DNA from: Guillardia theta CCMP2712
Lineage: Eukaryota; Protista; Cryptophyta
Reading direction: 5' to 3'
Length of the DNA: 64,000 bases
Assembly (NCBI RefSeq): GCF_000315625.1
Contig: NW_005434631.1
Location: 186,001-250,000 of the forward strand
A program made the position numbers and the translations under genes. Positions 63,401 to 64,000 of this stretch are shown here, piece after piece (within the stretch, counting starts at the first letter, position 1; the number at the start of each line of letters is the position of its first letter). The notes beneath the pieces are model-generated. The model did not search any database. It was not told the DNA's origin and saw only the letters and a program-made list of their open reading frames with translations.

Positions 63401-64000
63401 ATGAAGTACGAAAGCCATCCTCTCCTCGGCGCGCTGATCCCGCGAGATGTCCGCGTGAGCAGCAAGGCGGCGAGCTCGAAATTCTCTTCCGAGCGAGACG
63501 CTCCATACCGCCTCTCCTCCCTCCACTCGAGGTGAGGAGGCGGAGAGGAAAGTAAAGTTAGAGGTGGAACAAGAGAAGGAAGGGAACAAAGTACAAGTAC
63601 AAGGAGGAGGGAGGAGGGAGGAGGGAGCAAGGGAGGGGAGCTAGGTGCCGGGCTGAAAGTGGAGCAGGCAGTACCTCGGGCTGAAGAGCCTTGCCGGAGG
63701 CAAGCTGGCTCAAGACACTCTGACCGATCTCGGAAGGTAGGAAGAAGATGCTTGAATGCGGGTTGGGGGTGGAGGAGATGGTGGTGGTGGCAGAGGAGGA
63801 GGGGAGGAGGAGATGTGAAAGTGTCTGGCAGGCTTCTACTCGTGGATGCCTCGAGGTATCGGAGCAGCTGAAGGAGTTTCGGAGGACGCAAACATCATCT
63901 GCCCTCCTCCTGCTCCTATGTTTTGGTCTCATGTTCCCCCCTCAGTCCTGTTCCGCTCCCTCCGTCTCTCGTTCCTTGCCGCTGATCCCTCCCTCCCCCT
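60438..64000 (+). CDS. Large CX5R phosphatase, SopB/IpgD/INPP4-like putative phosphoinositide phosphatase (3' partial)
   Basis: A ~2.7-kb first exon contains IVSVNLL and NCKSGLDRTG (62673-62702), then STGV followed after an intron by GMKY. This matches the CKSxxDRT P-loop class. Confidence 0.65.

Overview
Gene-dense eukaryotic nuclear DNA with many short (~45-100 nt) introns, plus longer introns full of purine/pyrimidine microsatellites and two 100-N assembly gaps. The style and content suggest a cryptophyte alga such as Guillardia theta (inference). About 19 genes are recognisable: an Air1/ZCCHC7-like zinc-knuckle protein, a class I HDAC (HDAC3-like), a YtqB-like rRNA methylase, a PH+SH3 protein, a CBM20-GH77 DPE2-type glucanotransferase with a signal peptide, NDUFAF5, a THUMP methyltransferase, an SMP-30/gluconolactonase, full-length cereblon, a GT61, a PDZ protein, an ankyrin-IQ-TPR protein, a His-rich methyltransferase, CFAP206, a SopB/IpgD/INPP4-like CX5R phosphatase and several unknowns. 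The most striking object is a minus-strand locus at ~46.8-53.5 kb. It appears to splice into one ~2,000-aa protein: ankyrin repeats, a CMTR2-like cap methyltransferase, a FEN1/Asteroid-type nuclease, a G-patch and a CMTR1-like cap methyltransferase. Both methyltransferase domains carry the same two unusual Arg substitutions. Family assignments come from motif recognition by eye, not database searches.
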